A DNA stretch of 64,000 bases. Origin: a virus. The position numbers and the translations under genes are program-made. The notes under the pieces are model-generated. The model was not told the origin of the DNA. It saw only the letters and a list, made by a program, of their open reading frames with translations, and made no database searches. The DNA is taken from the IMG/VR virus record IMGVR_UViG_3300028920_002946, positions 32,001 through 96,000 of that record; one strand, written 5' to 3'. Below are positions 46,134-55,805 of this stretch, one piece after another (position 1 is the first letter of the stretch; every line of letters begins with the position of its first letter).

Positions 46134-49100
46134 CCCTTGAACTTCTCGATCCACCCGTCCGCGATCTTCTCCCACGAGTACTCCTTCATCTTCGCCTGCG
46201 CCTTGTCAGCCCACTCTCTTCGATAGTTGGCATCCGTGAGTAGCTTGATCGACTCCTCCACAAATCTATCCGTGTACTCCTTCGGATAGTCGGCGTCCAT
46301 GGGCAGGCCGTCGCCCGGAATGAGTATCCCGGACGGCCCAACGGTCGTCTTGAGGCCCGCGCGGTCGGTGGAGAGTATCGCATTGTGGGACAGGCCGTTC
46401 TCGACGGCGCCTATGCAAAATGTCTCGTCAAACCAACAGGGATAAAGCCAGACGTTGGCCCTCTTCTGATGCTCCGCCAATGTGGCCTTGTCGATGCGAT
46501 CAAGATACTCGACGCCCGGCTGCTCCATCGCCGCCTTGATCTTCTGGATGAAAGCCATGCCCCTCTGGTCGTTCCTGCGCTTCACGGCCGACTCCCAGTT
46601 GTAGAAGCCGTAGGCCACCTTCAGCTTGAAGTCCGGGACGGCCTTCCGTATCTCCGGCATCATCTGCAGCAGCTGATACAGGCCCCTGTCCGGACTCGAC
46701 GAATACACGGAGCAGTTCTCCTTCGCGGAGTCGTCGACGTCATTGTACAGATCCTGCACGACGCCGTTGGCGGTGAGGAACATCTTCTCGGGCGGCAGCT
46801 GCTTGTGGTGGCCGCAGAGGAACTCCTTGTGCCAATCGGAGAGGTAGGCGTACCCCTGCACCTTCCACGCCATCACATCGTAGTTGGGGTCGGGGTTCAG
46901 CCATATGTCGTGCACCATGACGTAGTTGCGCCCGCTGTGCAAACTCTGCCTCATGGGCTCGCAGCTACGGGACGATATGAAGTAGTCGATGTAAAGGTAC
47001 TGTATGTCCTCCATCATCTTCGTGTGATCCACGTACCGCACGGCGCCGTAATCGACGCCCCCCTCGACGACCGGGTCGAGGGCCACATCGTCCTTCGAGT
47101 CGGCGAGGAGGTCGTTGTAGACGGTGGCCTCGTAGCCCTTCCTCACGAACGCGCGCGCGAGGTACGCGGCCCACGTCTCCGACCCCGCCATCCCCTCGTC
47201 CACCCTCCGGCGGTTCCACGGCTCCCACGCGGGTCCCGTCCAGATGGCGATGCGCTTCCTCTCCCACTTCCGCTTGAGCATGACATGGTTCTCGCGGTCC
47301 TCGGCGTCGTAGCTCTCGCGGTCCTCGTCCTGGTAGGCGCCGCGGCTCACGCCCCCGAAGTGGAACACGAAGGAGCCGATCGACTGCCCGCACGCGAACC
47401 CGGCCTTCCCAAGCCGCATGCACAGGTCGAGATCCTCGCAGCCGTTCTTGAACCGGGTGTCGAACAGCCCAACCTCGTTGATGGCGCTGCGCGCGAATAT
47501 GGTGGCGTAGGCCGCGACCCACTCCTGCGGCTGGAAGATGTCCCTGTGCCTCCTGTTGGAGGCCTCCATGAACTCGTACAGCTCGTCGATGTGCGGGGTG
47601 ATCTCCTCCAGCTTCATGCCGGGGTGCAGCTCGACCCCCGCCCTCTCCAGGCGCATCGGGTAGGTCGGCTTCCCCGGGGCGCCGTGAAGCCATGACCTGT
47701 CGCAGTTCGACAGGACGCCGCAGGACGCCAGCCGGTGCACGGTTTCCATGTGCCTGACCATGTTGCCGAGCCAGCCCTTGGACACGACGACGTCGGAGTT
47801 CATGATGACGAAGAACTTGCTGCGCGAACTGCGTACCCCCGCGTTGCAGGCCTCCGAGAAGGTCTTTCGGGCCCCCTCCTCGCCGAGGACCGTTATCCCC
47901 TTCAGCGTCCTCAGATACTCCCACACCTCCGGCCCGCTCCCCGCGTCGCTGACGACGATGTGGAACGGGTGCACCGTGTTGAGGCGTATGGAACTGAGGC
48001 ACAGCTTGAGGTACTCGAGGTTGTTGTAGTTCGGGATCACGAGGTCGACGACATCCCGCGCCTTCTCCACGCTCGCGGGTGCCTCCGCGTGCTCCAGCCT
48101 GATGGTGCCATTCACGAGGCTGTCGAAGAGGTTGATGTAGTTCTGGACGTTGTTCTCGAGCCTGTAGGGGGCGACCGACCTCTTCGCGGCCTTGCCCACC
48201 CGGCGTCGCTCGCCCACGTCCCCCAGCTTGCGGAGGGCCTCGCCCCACTCCTCCTTCGTCTCGGCGATGAAGCCGTTCTCGCCGTGGGCGATGATCTCCT
48301 TGTAGGCCTGCAGCGGGCTCGCGATGACGGGCATCCCGAAGGCCATGGCGGTCGTCGCCTTCACGCTGCTCTTGCCGGGCTGCACGTCGACCCTCTGCGG
48401 GCAGAGGGCCACGTCGCAGGCGGCGAGGTCGTCCGGCCACGTGTCCGGGTCCCACTTGATGTCGGCGTTGTCCCACTCGGAGATCACCACCAGGTCGTAT
48501 CCGGCCGACTCGATGGTGTCCCGGAGGTGGTCGGTGACGAGGAAGGAGTTGCCGCCCATCCCCATGAACACGGCCTTCGGCCTCTCCCCCTTGATCTCCT
48601 TGTATTGGTGGGGCTTCCGCGGTTCGCGCTCCTCGACGCTGTCCTTGAGCACGACCGTGTGCAGGAACCCCCGCTCCCGCGTCATCTCCGCCAGCTTCGT
48701 CGAGCAGCAGAGGATGGCGTCGGCCTCGTGCATGCACTCGTCCTCGAGGGGGAACCCGAAGATGCCCTCGCAGTGGTCGAAGCATATCCTGCGGTTCTTG
48801 GCCTTCATGGCCCGCATCAAGTCCAGTTCGGCGGGGCCAAAGCTCGTGAACACGACGACGTTCGCCGTGCCGACGGCCTCCTCGACATCCTCCGCCGACA
48901 TGTTCTGGTACCCCACCACCCTGCGGCTCTCCACCCTCTTGCCCCGAAGCTTCTCGTCGATGATGAGTCGACGCAGTCTCGTGGAGGGGTTGGTGGCGTC
49001 GTCGTTGGGCAGCAGCCACACGACGGACGTCTTGCGGTGCTTGCGCAGTCGAAGGTCGGCGTGCAGTCCGTTGTTGGCGAGCACCTCCACCATGAGATCG

Positions 49101-50257
49101 CGGTTGCGCAGGAGGTTGCCGAGGGCGTCGAGATCCCCCTGCTCGATCGTCGACCCGCCGGTGCCCTTGCGGGTCTCCTCCTCGATGGCCGCCTTCAGCG
49201 CGCGGGCCTCCCTGCTCTCCGGCTTCTTCGATATCGCGTGGTCGACATGCTTGAGCGCCTCGCCCAAGCTCCTCCTCTTGAGCATGATCGTCGCCAGCTT
49301 CATCGAGGGGATGTACCCGTAATAGTCGACCAGCTGGGACATGCCCCCGGAGAGGGTCTTGGTGAGGGCCTCCCTGTAGTACGTGACGGCCTCGTCCTCG
49401 CGCCCCTCCTCCTCGGCTATGAGGCCCAGGACGACATGGTTCTCGGCGTATATGCCGTTGAACCGTATCCCGAGCATCGCGTAGTTGCGGGCCGCCTCCT
49501 TGTTGCCCTGCTTCATGTAGTAGTTGGCGAGCCGGATGCAGCCGACGGTGAGGTTGTCCACGAAGCCCTCGCCCCTCGCCACGAACTTCTCGAGGACGGG
49601 GACGGCCTCCTCCCACTTGCCGATGTCCGCCAGCTCCTTGCCGTAGTAGAAGGCGATCCTGGCGGACGCGGCGCCCGTGTCGTACTCCTGCTTGAGCAAG
49701 GTCAGGTTGCGCTTGGGGTCGTACGGCCGGTTGCGGTAGTGGTCGATCTTGATGTCGAGGCGGCTGATCCGCATCGACCCGTCCATGTTGAGGTACTCGT
49801 GGATGGGATCGTGCCAGCGTATCTTGGGCGTGTTGCGGACGAGCCGCTCCCTCGGGAGAATGAGGACGGGTCGGTCCTTGTCGTCGTGCGAGTAGACGTA
49901 GTCCATGAGGACCACGTCGATCTCCGGCAGCTTCTCGACGAGGGCGTTGATCTTGTCGTGTTCGGACTCCTTGACCACGTCGTCGGAGTCCAGCCAGAGG
50001 ATGTGCGCCGCCTCGCTCTGCTCGAACGAGTAGTTGCGGGCCTTCGAGAAGTCGTCGCACCACTCGAAGAAGGCGACCTTCGTGGCGTACTTCTCGGCGA
50101 CCTTCACGACCTCCTCGTCGCGCATCCTGGTGGCGTGCGTGATGACCACCTCGTCGAAGTTGATTCCCTGCACGCTCTTGAGGCACCGCTCGAGGATGTC
50201 GGCCTCGCCGGATCCCACTATCAGGTTCAGTCCCAGCTTCTTCGTGTGCTCCGCCAT
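46130..50257 (-). CDS. Multi-domain glycosyltransferase: GT2 + TPR + GT4-like + GT2 + GT4-like
   Basis: DFSKARN...ILWLDSDD and TPR helices; AILCCS...AMAFGMPVIAS...HGENGF; VIPNYN...VVSDAGS...FSEACNAG...IMNSDV; GSETWA...YSSSPDRGL...WLYPCWFDETFCIGAVE. Confidence 0.9.
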   Translation of the reverse strand: MAEHTKKLGLNLIVGSGEADILERCLKSVQGINFDEVVITHATRMRDEEVVKVAEKYATKVAFFEWCDDFSKARNYSFEQSEAAHILWLDSDDVVKESEHDKINALVEKLPEIDVVLMDYVYSHDDKDRPVLILPRERLVRNTPKIRWHDPIHEYLNMDGSMRISRLDIKIDHYRNRPYDPKRNLTLLKQEYDTGAASARIAFYYGKELADIGKWEEAVPVLEKFVARGEGFVDNLTVGCIRLANYYMKQGNKEAARNYAMLGIRFNGIYAENHVVLGLIAEEEGREDEAVTYYREALTKTLSGGMSQLVDYYGYIPSMKLATIMLKRRSLGEALKHVDHAISKKPESREARALKAAIEEETRKGTGGSTIEQGDLDALGNLLRNRDLMVEVLANNGLHADLRLRKHRKTSVVWLLPNDDATNPSTRLRRLIIDEKLRGKRVESRRVVGYQNMSAEDVEEAVGTANVVVFTSFGPAELDLMRAMKAKNRRICFDHCEGIFGFPLEDECMHEADAILCCSTKLAEMTRERGFLHTVVLKDSVEEREPRKPHQYKEIKGERPKAVFMGMGGNSFLVTDHLRDTIESAGYDLVVISEWDNADIKWDPDTWPDDLAACDVALCPQRVDVQPGKSSVKATTAMAFGMPVIASPLQAYKEIIAHGENGFIAETKEEWGEALRKLGDVGERRRVGKAAKRSVAPYRLENNVQNYINLFDSLVNGTIRLEHAEAPASVEKARDVVDLVIPNYNNLEYLKLCLSSIRLNTVHPFHIVVSDAGSGPEVWEYLRTLKGITVLGEEGARKTFSEACNAGVRSSRSKFFVIMNSDVVVSKGWLGNMVRHMETVHRLASCGVLSNCDRSWLHGAPGKPTYPMRLERAGVELHPGMKLEEITPHIDELYEFMEASNRRHRDIFQPQEWVAAYATIFARSAINEVGLFDTRFKNGCEDLDLCMRLGKAGFACGQSIGSFVFHFGGVSRGAYQDEDRESYDAEDRENHVMLKRKWERKRIAIWTGPAWEPWNRRRVDEGMAGSETWAAYLARAFVRKGYEATVYNDLLADSKDDVALDPVVEGGVDYGAVRYVDHTKMMEDIQYLYIDYFISSRSCEPMRQSLHSGRNYVMVHDIWLNPDPNYDVMAWKVQGYAYLSDWHKEFLCGHHKQLPPEKMFLTANGVVQDLYNDVDDSAKENCSVYSSSPDRGLYQLLQMMPEIRKAVPDFKLKVAYGFYNWESAVKRRNDQRGMAFIQKIKAAMEQPGVEYLDRIDKATLAEHQKRANVWLYPCWFDETFCIGAVENGLSHNAILSTDRAGLKTTVGPSGILIPGDGLPMDADYPKEYTDRFVEESIKLLTDANYRREWADKAQAKMKEYSWEKIADGWIEKFKG

Positions 50258-50287
50258 TCCTCTCTCTTCCTGTGCGGGTTCGGGGTG

Positions 50288-50608
50288 CTACAAGGTGTAT
50301 CCGACGACCGTCATGGTCTCATAGTCCGGGATGCCCTCGCCGTAGACCCTCGTCAGCTCCCCGAGGAGGCCACCCCGCGATCTGCAGACGGGGTCGTGCT
50401 CCATGTCCAGCAGCCACTGCGGGATGTCCTCCAGACTGCATCTGTGGATAAAGGACACCGTGGCCACCTTTATCGTGTTCCCCCCGAGCGCCCTGATCCC
50501 GACCTCCGTGCCGATTTGGAGATCCGACCATTTCGTCCCCCGGCGGATCGTGACCTGTGTCTTGCCCTCCTCGTGCACGTTGTTGCCGTCGAACAATAGC
50601 ACCCTCAT
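50288..50608 (-). CDS. ASCH-domain-like protein
   Basis: EEGKTQVTIRRG (GxKxxTxR variant)...LQIG; 106 aa. Confidence 0.55.
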   Translation of the reverse strand: MRVLLFDGNNVHEEGKTQVTIRRGTKWSDLQIGTEVGIRALGGNTIKVATVSFIHRCSLEDIPQWLLDMEHDPVCRSRGGLLGELTRVYGEGIPDYETMTVVGYTL

Positions 50609-50617
50609 ACCACCTCC

Positions 50618-51061
50618 TCAAGCCTTGTCGGCCTTGTCCTTCGCGGCTTTCCACTTCTTGTCGTTCACGCCGCTTTCCTTCGATGTGTGCCTCTCCTCGT
50701 ACACCTTCCTGGCGTACGAAAGGCTGTCCTTGCCTTTCTCCTTCGCAAGCTTCGCGGCGTCCGACCAGCTCCCCGTGACCTCGCCGCCGACGTTCGGGAC
50801 GAGGGGCGTCCCCTCGGACCCGTAGCGCTCCATCTGCCTCAGCTCCAGCTTCGCGTTCCTCTTCATCCTCTGGCGCTTCTCGCGCCACCCCATGGTCTCC
50901 GTGGAGCCGAGGACGAAGCCCGCCCCGCCGGATATGAGGCGCACCATCTCCACCTCCTCGCCCTCGCAGGCGGGGCAGTACACGACGGGATCCGACTTGA
51001 TGCTGTGGACGACTTCCTGGATTGTGCCGCATTTCGGGCACTCGTACTCGTAGGTGGGCAT
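50618..51061 (-). CDS. FmdB-family zinc-ribbon protein (second copy)
   Basis: MPTYEYECPKCG...VYCPACEG..MVRLISGGAGFVL. Confidence 0.8.
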   Translation of the reverse strand: MPTYEYECPKCGTIQEVVHSIKSDPVVYCPACEGEEVEMVRLISGGAGFVLGSTETMGWREKRQRMKRNAKLELRQMERYGSEGTPLVPNVGGEVTGSWSDAAKLAKEKGKDSLSYARKVYEERHTSKESGVNDKKWKAAKDKADKA

Positions 51062-51103
51062 ATGGTTCCCTATCTGGAATGTGTATCTACCTGATATGCC
51101 CCG

Positions 51104-51117
51104 ATTAGGAGAATATC
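51104..51117 (-). promoter_or_regulatory. Candidate late promoter (FmdB-ASCH-GT-MTase operon), 1 mismatch
   Basis: GATATTCTCCTAAT. Confidence 0.5.
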
Positions 51118-51167
51118 AGGCCCTTCCAGCCGTATACACTCTAATTTACTAGATGGAACCTGAAATC

Positions 51168-51470
51168 TTAAAGCTCCGGCGCGCGGATTCGCACGACCAT
51201 GTCGCCGTCGTGGCTGAGCAGGCGCATCTCGCGGTCGGTGGGGAGGTTGCGGTACTTGAGGTACACGGTGCGGAGCCTTCCGATGCCCTCGGGGATGTAG
51301 TCGAACTCGACCTCCTCCGGCATCGCCAGGACGATGGCCTTGACCATCTTGGGCGTCGCGTACAGGATGCCCGGTATGTGGTCCCTCGACTCCATCAAGT
51401 CGAAGGCGCCGAGTATCGCGGCTCTGACATCCGCGCCGTCCCATTCGAAGTCGACAACATCGAAGGCCAT
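51168..51470 (-). CDS. Hypothetical protein (100 aa)
   Basis: ATG at 51470 overlaps the upstream TGA (ATGA); MAFDVVDFEWDG... It is the real tail of the spurious 51168..53768 track ORF. Confidence 0.65.
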   Translation of the reverse strand: MAFDVVDFEWDGADVRAAILGAFDLMESRDHIPGILYATPKMVKAIVLAMPEEVEFDYIPEGIGRLRTVYLKYRNLPTDREMRLLSHDGDMVVRIRAPEL

Positions 51471-52930
51471 CAGAGGTTCTCGTTCTGGTTGGGCTCCGAG
51501 GACGGCCCGCCCCCCGGCTCCCCGTGCTCCGCGCCCTCGCCGGCGGACTCCTGGGTCTCCTCGGGGGGCTGGTTCGGGAGAACGGCCCGCGTGCCGGGCC
51601 TCTTGTAGGTCGGGCCCTCCGGCTCCCGCCCGTTTTCGGGCTGGACGACCTTGCTCATGAGCTCGTACGCCCTCTCCACCAGGCGCGGGCTCGGGGGCTT
51701 GCCCTCCATCGCGTCCTTGACCAGAAGGTAGAATATCTCCTCGGGATGCTCGACGAGCGTCTCGAGGACCCGGATCTTGGCCGCGTCGTCGCGGTCGGTG
51801 TATGTCTCGCGGAACCACTGGTCGAGCTGGACGTTCTGCTGGCGGTTCCTGAAGAAGTTCGTGTAGTAGAACCTCGGGAGCCTGGGCCTGCGCGAGGACA
51901 GCCTGCGCTTGATCTCGTCCAGGTCGAACGGGAACCCCATGAGGCGCTCCCACTCCCTGGCGTTCATGACCTTCGCCGGGGGCCCCACGCGGGGATACCG
52001 CCTGTAGTGCATCAGTATCCGAAGGTTCCGGGACTCCAGCCAGTTGTAGCACGCCAGGACATGCTTGCAGACCCTGAAGTTCAGACCCCTGCCCGGGTTC
52101 GCGCGGCCCCCCTTGAAGCTGGACACCATGTCCTGCGGCACCGGCGGGACGAGCGACGGCCTGAACCCCGGCATCCACATGTACTTGCCGTTCACGGCGT
52201 AGTACTGCGCGCCGAAGAAGAGGAAGGACGGGCAGGAGCAGCTCAGCTGGACCGGGTACTGCAGATAGCTCCGCGGCCTCGCCCGGCCCTTGGGGCGCAG
52301 GAACTGCATCGTCACCGTGCGGATGTCCGGGCTCGACTGCGACTGGCAGCGGAACCGGAACAGGCCCTTGAGCATCGAATCCTGCTCCGAGTCCATGAGC
52401 GTGACGCTGACCCTCCCGGCGCGCCGGATCTTCTGGTCGTTCTTGTAGTGGTAGTCGTGGTTCACGACCTCGTCGAGCGTGGCGGCCTCCCTCCCCATCG
52501 ACGCGAACTTGCGGTCGATGCTGATGGCGGGCCTCTGCTCGCTCGGGTCGGCCGTCCAATCCTTGTCCCTCGCCTTGAACCACTCCTCGAGCACGCCCTG
52601 CGGCCCGTACCTGTTCGGGCTGTTGAAGATGCCGTACTCGGCGTCCGGCTCGTAGGGCCAGTCGTTCGAGAAGGGCGGGGAGCCCCTCATGTCCTTGGGC
52701 TTGTCGCTGGGGTCGCGGTAGTCGTACGGGTTGTACGCCGTGAAGGTGGGCCGGGGGCGCTCGCCCCTGCGCCGCATGTCGCGCAGCATCTCGGAGACGA
52801 CCTCGGGCTCTTTCGCCTTGCTGCCCTCGTTCCTCTCCTCCATGTACTCCAGCCACGACAGGTCGTCCGTCGGCCCCTGGTCCTCCAGGTACCGGGAAAC
52901 GACCTCCATGGGTGCTGCGGCGAGCGCCAT
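51470..52930 (-). CDS. SWIM-type zinc-finger protein
   Basis: LSCSCPSFLF...RVCKHVLA (CxC-xn-CxH). Confidence 0.7.
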   Translation of the reverse strand: MALAAAPMEVVSRYLEDQGPTDDLSWLEYMEERNEGSKAKEPEVVSEMLRDMRRRGERPRPTFTAYNPYDYRDPSDKPKDMRGSPPFSNDWPYEPDAEYGIFNSPNRYGPQGVLEEWFKARDKDWTADPSEQRPAISIDRKFASMGREAATLDEVVNHDYHYKNDQKIRRAGRVSVTLMDSEQDSMLKGLFRFRCQSQSSPDIRTVTMQFLRPKGRARPRSYLQYPVQLSCSCPSFLFFGAQYYAVNGKYMWMPGFRPSLVPPVPQDMVSSFKGGRANPGRGLNFRVCKHVLACYNWLESRNLRILMHYRRYPRVGPPAKVMNAREWERLMGFPFDLDEIKRRLSSRRPRLPRFYYTNFFRNRQQNVQLDQWFRETYTDRDDAAKIRVLETLVEHPEEIFYLLVKDAMEGKPPSPRLVERAYELMSKVVQPENGREPEGPTYKRPGTRAVLPNQPPEETQESAGEGAEHGEPGGGPSSEPNQNENL

Positions 52931-52939
52931 TGCGGCCCC

Positions 52940-53998
52940 CTACAGTATGTCGGAGACGTCCAAATCGTCCCCGAGGTCTATGCCCTCGTCCGCCGACCCG
53001 GACGTCAGCTTGCTCCTCATGGCCCCCTTGGACATATCCTCCTCGGGGCGCCTCGTCACCTTGGCGACCTCCCGGGCCTCCGGGTTGCCGACCACCTCCA
53101 CCTGCGGGCTGTTCGGGGCGGAAACCGTCCCCTTCTTGCTCGCGGGCGTGGAGGCCTTCTTCGCAACCGTGTTCTGCTGCACCACCTGGCGCTTTCGGGC
53201 CTCGGCGTTCTGCTTCGCGCGCGCCTTGGGGCCGCGGTCGGTGACCTTCGCCACCTCCACGCCGCCGGCCTCGCCCTCGACCACCAGGTGCTTGCGCCCC
53301 TTCTCGGCGGGCTCGGGCGGCGGGGCGGTCTCCTTGACCACCCTCTGGCCCTCCACCACCGGAAGGTGGCCCTCCTCGATGTCCTCGGCGAGGGTTATCG
53401 CCCCGTCGGACGACTCGGCAGCCTGCCGCGTGCTCTCGGAAACGGTAGCCGCCACGCGAGCGTCCCCGTTTTGGGCGCGGATTTCGCCGCGGATGTCGTC
53501 CATGTCGCTCTGGACCACGGTATCCTTGTCGGAGTAGCTCTGGCTCTCGTACTCGCGCACGATCTGCCCGAGGTCGTCCGTCTCGACGCGCGCCGCGCCG
53601 GCGCCGCGCCCCGTGCGGCCCTTGTAGAAGTTCTGCTCGATCGCGGGGTCGCTCTGCTCGACCTGCCTGCCGCCCATGGCGTTGTACGTCCTCGCCGGGT
53701 TCACGACAGGCCGATCGTGCATGTCGGGATCCTCCGCCTCCTCGTCGCCGTCGGCCTCCTGCAGCCACTCGCCCTCGCGGACGGCGACCTTGAGGGAGGA
53801 CGACGACCCGCGCACGTCGCCCACCTGGAAGTTGACCCCGTCGTAGTCGATCATGTCGCCGGGGCCGACCTCGAGATTCTGCTTGCCGCCCTCATAGCTG
53901 ATGCTGAACGGCTGCGTCACGATGTACCTCTTCATCCTGTTGGCCACGTGGCCCTCCTTTTGGATAGGGATGTCCTTTGTTCTGTATATGGCGCTCAC
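52940..53998 (-). CDS. Hypothetical low-complexity protein
   Basis: 352 aa, charged, probably largely disordered; 4-nt overlap with the upstream gene. Confidence 0.65.
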   Translation of the reverse strand: MSAIYRTKDIPIQKEGHVANRMKRYIVTQPFSISYEGGKQNLEVGPGDMIDYDGVNFQVGDVRGSSSSLKVAVREGEWLQEADGDEEAEDPDMHDRPVVNPARTYNAMGGRQVEQSDPAIEQNFYKGRTGRGAGAARVETDDLGQIVREYESQSYSDKDTVVQSDMDDIRGEIRAQNGDARVAATVSESTRQAAESSDGAITLAEDIEEGHLPVVEGQRVVKETAPPPEPAEKGRKHLVVEGEAGGVEVAKVTDRGPKARAKQNAEARKRQVVQQNTVAKKASTPASKKGTVSAPNSPQVEVVGNPEAREVAKVTRRPEEDMSKGAMRSKLTSGSADEGIDLGDDLDVSDIL

Positions 53999-55236
53999 GC
54001 CGCGGATCCCCGCAGCGGTATCTCCTCCACGTCCTTGTCCGAGTTCTTGAAGACCACCTTGTCCACCTTGAACGTCCTGCCCCTGAAGGAGTCGTCGCCC
54101 AGCACCCTGTCGCCCCTGCCCTTCTTCACGTAGGCGATGGTGATGTGCGGGACGTACGTCGGGTAGGAGTTCTCGTTCGGGACCGCCTTCTCTATGGCGT
54201 AGTGCAGGTCCTGCAGCTCCGGGGACTCGGCGTCTATCTTCACCACGTCCTGCTTGTCCGAGTCCTTGAAGACGGTCACCAGGCCGAGCCTGACCTCGAA
54301 CGGCCCCACCTTCCCGACCTCCGACCGCAGCGTGTCCGTGACCCTCCTGGGCTTCAGCCCGTAAAGCAGGGTGATGTGCATCTCGTCCTCCCTGCCGGCC
54401 GTCCCGTCGTCGTCCTCCTTCAAGTCGGCGTCGGGGACGTTCTTTTTGCCCCAGGCGATGATCTGGTCGCCCAGATCCTTCGGGAGGTCCACCTGCGTGG
54501 TGGAGTGGTCGTACTCCCCCTCGCTGTTCGCCTTCTTGTTGCGCGGGAGCGCGGGCTTTCTCGGCCTCTTGCCGTCGCGCACGTCGCGCAGGAACTTGAA
54601 CAGCGCGTCAAGGCTGTCGAACTCCTCGTAGGAGCCGCCGGAGCCTATGTCGTCCAGGAACCTCTTCTCCCTCTCCGAACCCTTGCCCCCGCGGTAGAAC
54701 AGCACGTGGTCGACGTTCAGGACGCAGGCGAGCTCGTCGTATATGTTCTCCTCCGGCTCCCAGTCCTCGTCCGTGGGGTCGATGAAGGCGAAGTCGCCCC
54801 CGAACTCCTCGACGACGGCCCTGCGCCATTTGTCGCCGTCCGAACACCGGCCGCCCAGGAAGACGGACGGCTTGTCTGACTCGATGGCCTTGAACATCCT
54901 CCCGCGGAGATCCGACGCGAACTTGGCCACGACCGACTCGGGGGAGGCACCCTCGTGCATGGGCACGTACTCCCCGCCGACGTACCTGAACTTGGGGTTC
55001 AAGGACTCCATCCTATCCCAGGGATAGGCTTCCAAGACACCCTTGAAGTCCGGCCCCAGGTCGTTGATCGAGATGACGCGCGCCGGATCCCCGCGCATCG
55101 GGGGGAGCCTGACGCTCCTGCCGTCCCTCAAATCCTGGATGACCCGTTTGACATCGCCCCCGGGCAGACACTCGAAACAGAGATCCACGGTTTTCCCGCC
55201 GTGGGAGGCCCATGGGGCGGCGGTGCGGTCAGTCAT
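53995..55236 (-). CDS. Nucleoside 2-deoxyribosyltransferase-like domain fused to a 2H phosphoesterase (Acb1/gp57B-like)
   Basis: SVFLGG.C...WRR...FIDP...W......YDEL..V..VDHVLFY (NDT-like). Two 2H motifs, EMHITLLYG and VPHITIAY. ATG 55236 with SD GAGGGGAGG. Confidence 0.8.
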   Translation of the reverse strand: MTDRTAAPWASHGGKTVDLCFECLPGGDVKRVIQDLRDGRSVRLPPMRGDPARVISINDLGPDFKGVLEAYPWDRMESLNPKFRYVGGEYVPMHEGASPESVVAKFASDLRGRMFKAIESDKPSVFLGGRCSDGDKWRRAVVEEFGGDFAFIDPTDEDWEPEENIYDELACVLNVDHVLFYRGGKGSEREKRFLDDIGSGGSYEEFDSLDALFKFLRDVRDGKRPRKPALPRNKKANSEGEYDHSTTQVDLPKDLGDQIIAWGKKNVPDADLKEDDDGTAGREDEMHITLLYGLKPRRVTDTLRSEVGKVGPFEVRLGLVTVFKDSDKQDVVKIDAESPELQDLHYAIEKAVPNENSYPTYVPHITIAYVKKGRGDRVLGDDSFRGRTFKVDKVVFKNSDKDVEEIPLRGSAA

Positions 55237-55307
55237 CAAGCCCTCCCCTCTCCGGGGACTCCCGCTTTGTAGACAATATAATGGCTCGGAGCCCCATTCT
55301 TAACCCT

Positions 55308-55517
55308 TCAAAGTTCGATAAGGGCTTGGGCGGCGCACCTGACGGCCTCGGAGGCGCATTTCCTGGACTTCTTGCCCTTCTTCTTGTCCCTCCGGCGCCA
55401 CATGCTCAGGCAGATGGCGACCGACTGGTCCTGCGGCCTGTCCTCCTCCTTGCGCATGGTGTGCATGCACTCGTCCATGAAGGCCGGCTGGCTCTTGAAC
55501 CTCTTGGGGTCGGGCAT
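55308..55517 (-). CDS. Small basic protein (phage head-associated F-x-x-x-C-M...Q-x-x-A-I-C-x-S-x-W motif)
   Basis: PAFMDECMHTM.......DQSVAICLSMW; SD GGAGGA. Confidence 0.6.
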   Translation of the reverse strand: MPDPKRFKSQPAFMDECMHTMRKEEDRPQDQSVAICLSMWRRRDKKKGKKSRKCASEAVRCAAQALIEL

Positions 55518-55526
55518 CTCGTCCTC

Positions 55527-55805
55527 CTACTGCGTCTTGTCCACGGGCACGTCGTCCGTCCTCGGCGCCGGCGCCCCCTTGCCGTTGCGCGTCTCGCCGA
55601 AGTGCTGGGCCGCCTTGGCGCCCAGAGTCAGGGCGACGAGCATCGCCTCCTCGGCGCCCATGCTCACAAACCCCCCGCCGTTCACCATCGCGACGACGTT
55701 GTGCGCCACAAAGACGCCCATGATGGACGTCACGACCATGGCCGTGGCGACCCTCATCATGCTGACCTTGCCGTTCGCATCGCCCTTCAACACGTGACCC
55801 ATCAT
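55527..55805 (-). CDS. Two-TM membrane protein, holin-like
   Basis: SMMRV + hydrophobic helix; second helix ending GAKAAQHFGE. Confidence 0.5.
   Translation of the reverse strand: MMGHVLKGDANGKVSMMRVATAMVVTSIMGVFVAHNVVAMVNGGGFVSMGAEEAMLVALTLGAKAAQHFGETRNGKGAPAPRTDDVPVDKTQ

Noticed and set aside
46965-53768. Long alternative-frame minus ORFs 46965-50186 (1073 aa) and 51168-53768 (866 aa)
   Set aside because: These R/G/P-rich off-frame reads overlap the GT, SWIM and 352-aa genes. Only the last 100 aa of the second ORF (ATG 51470) looks real.
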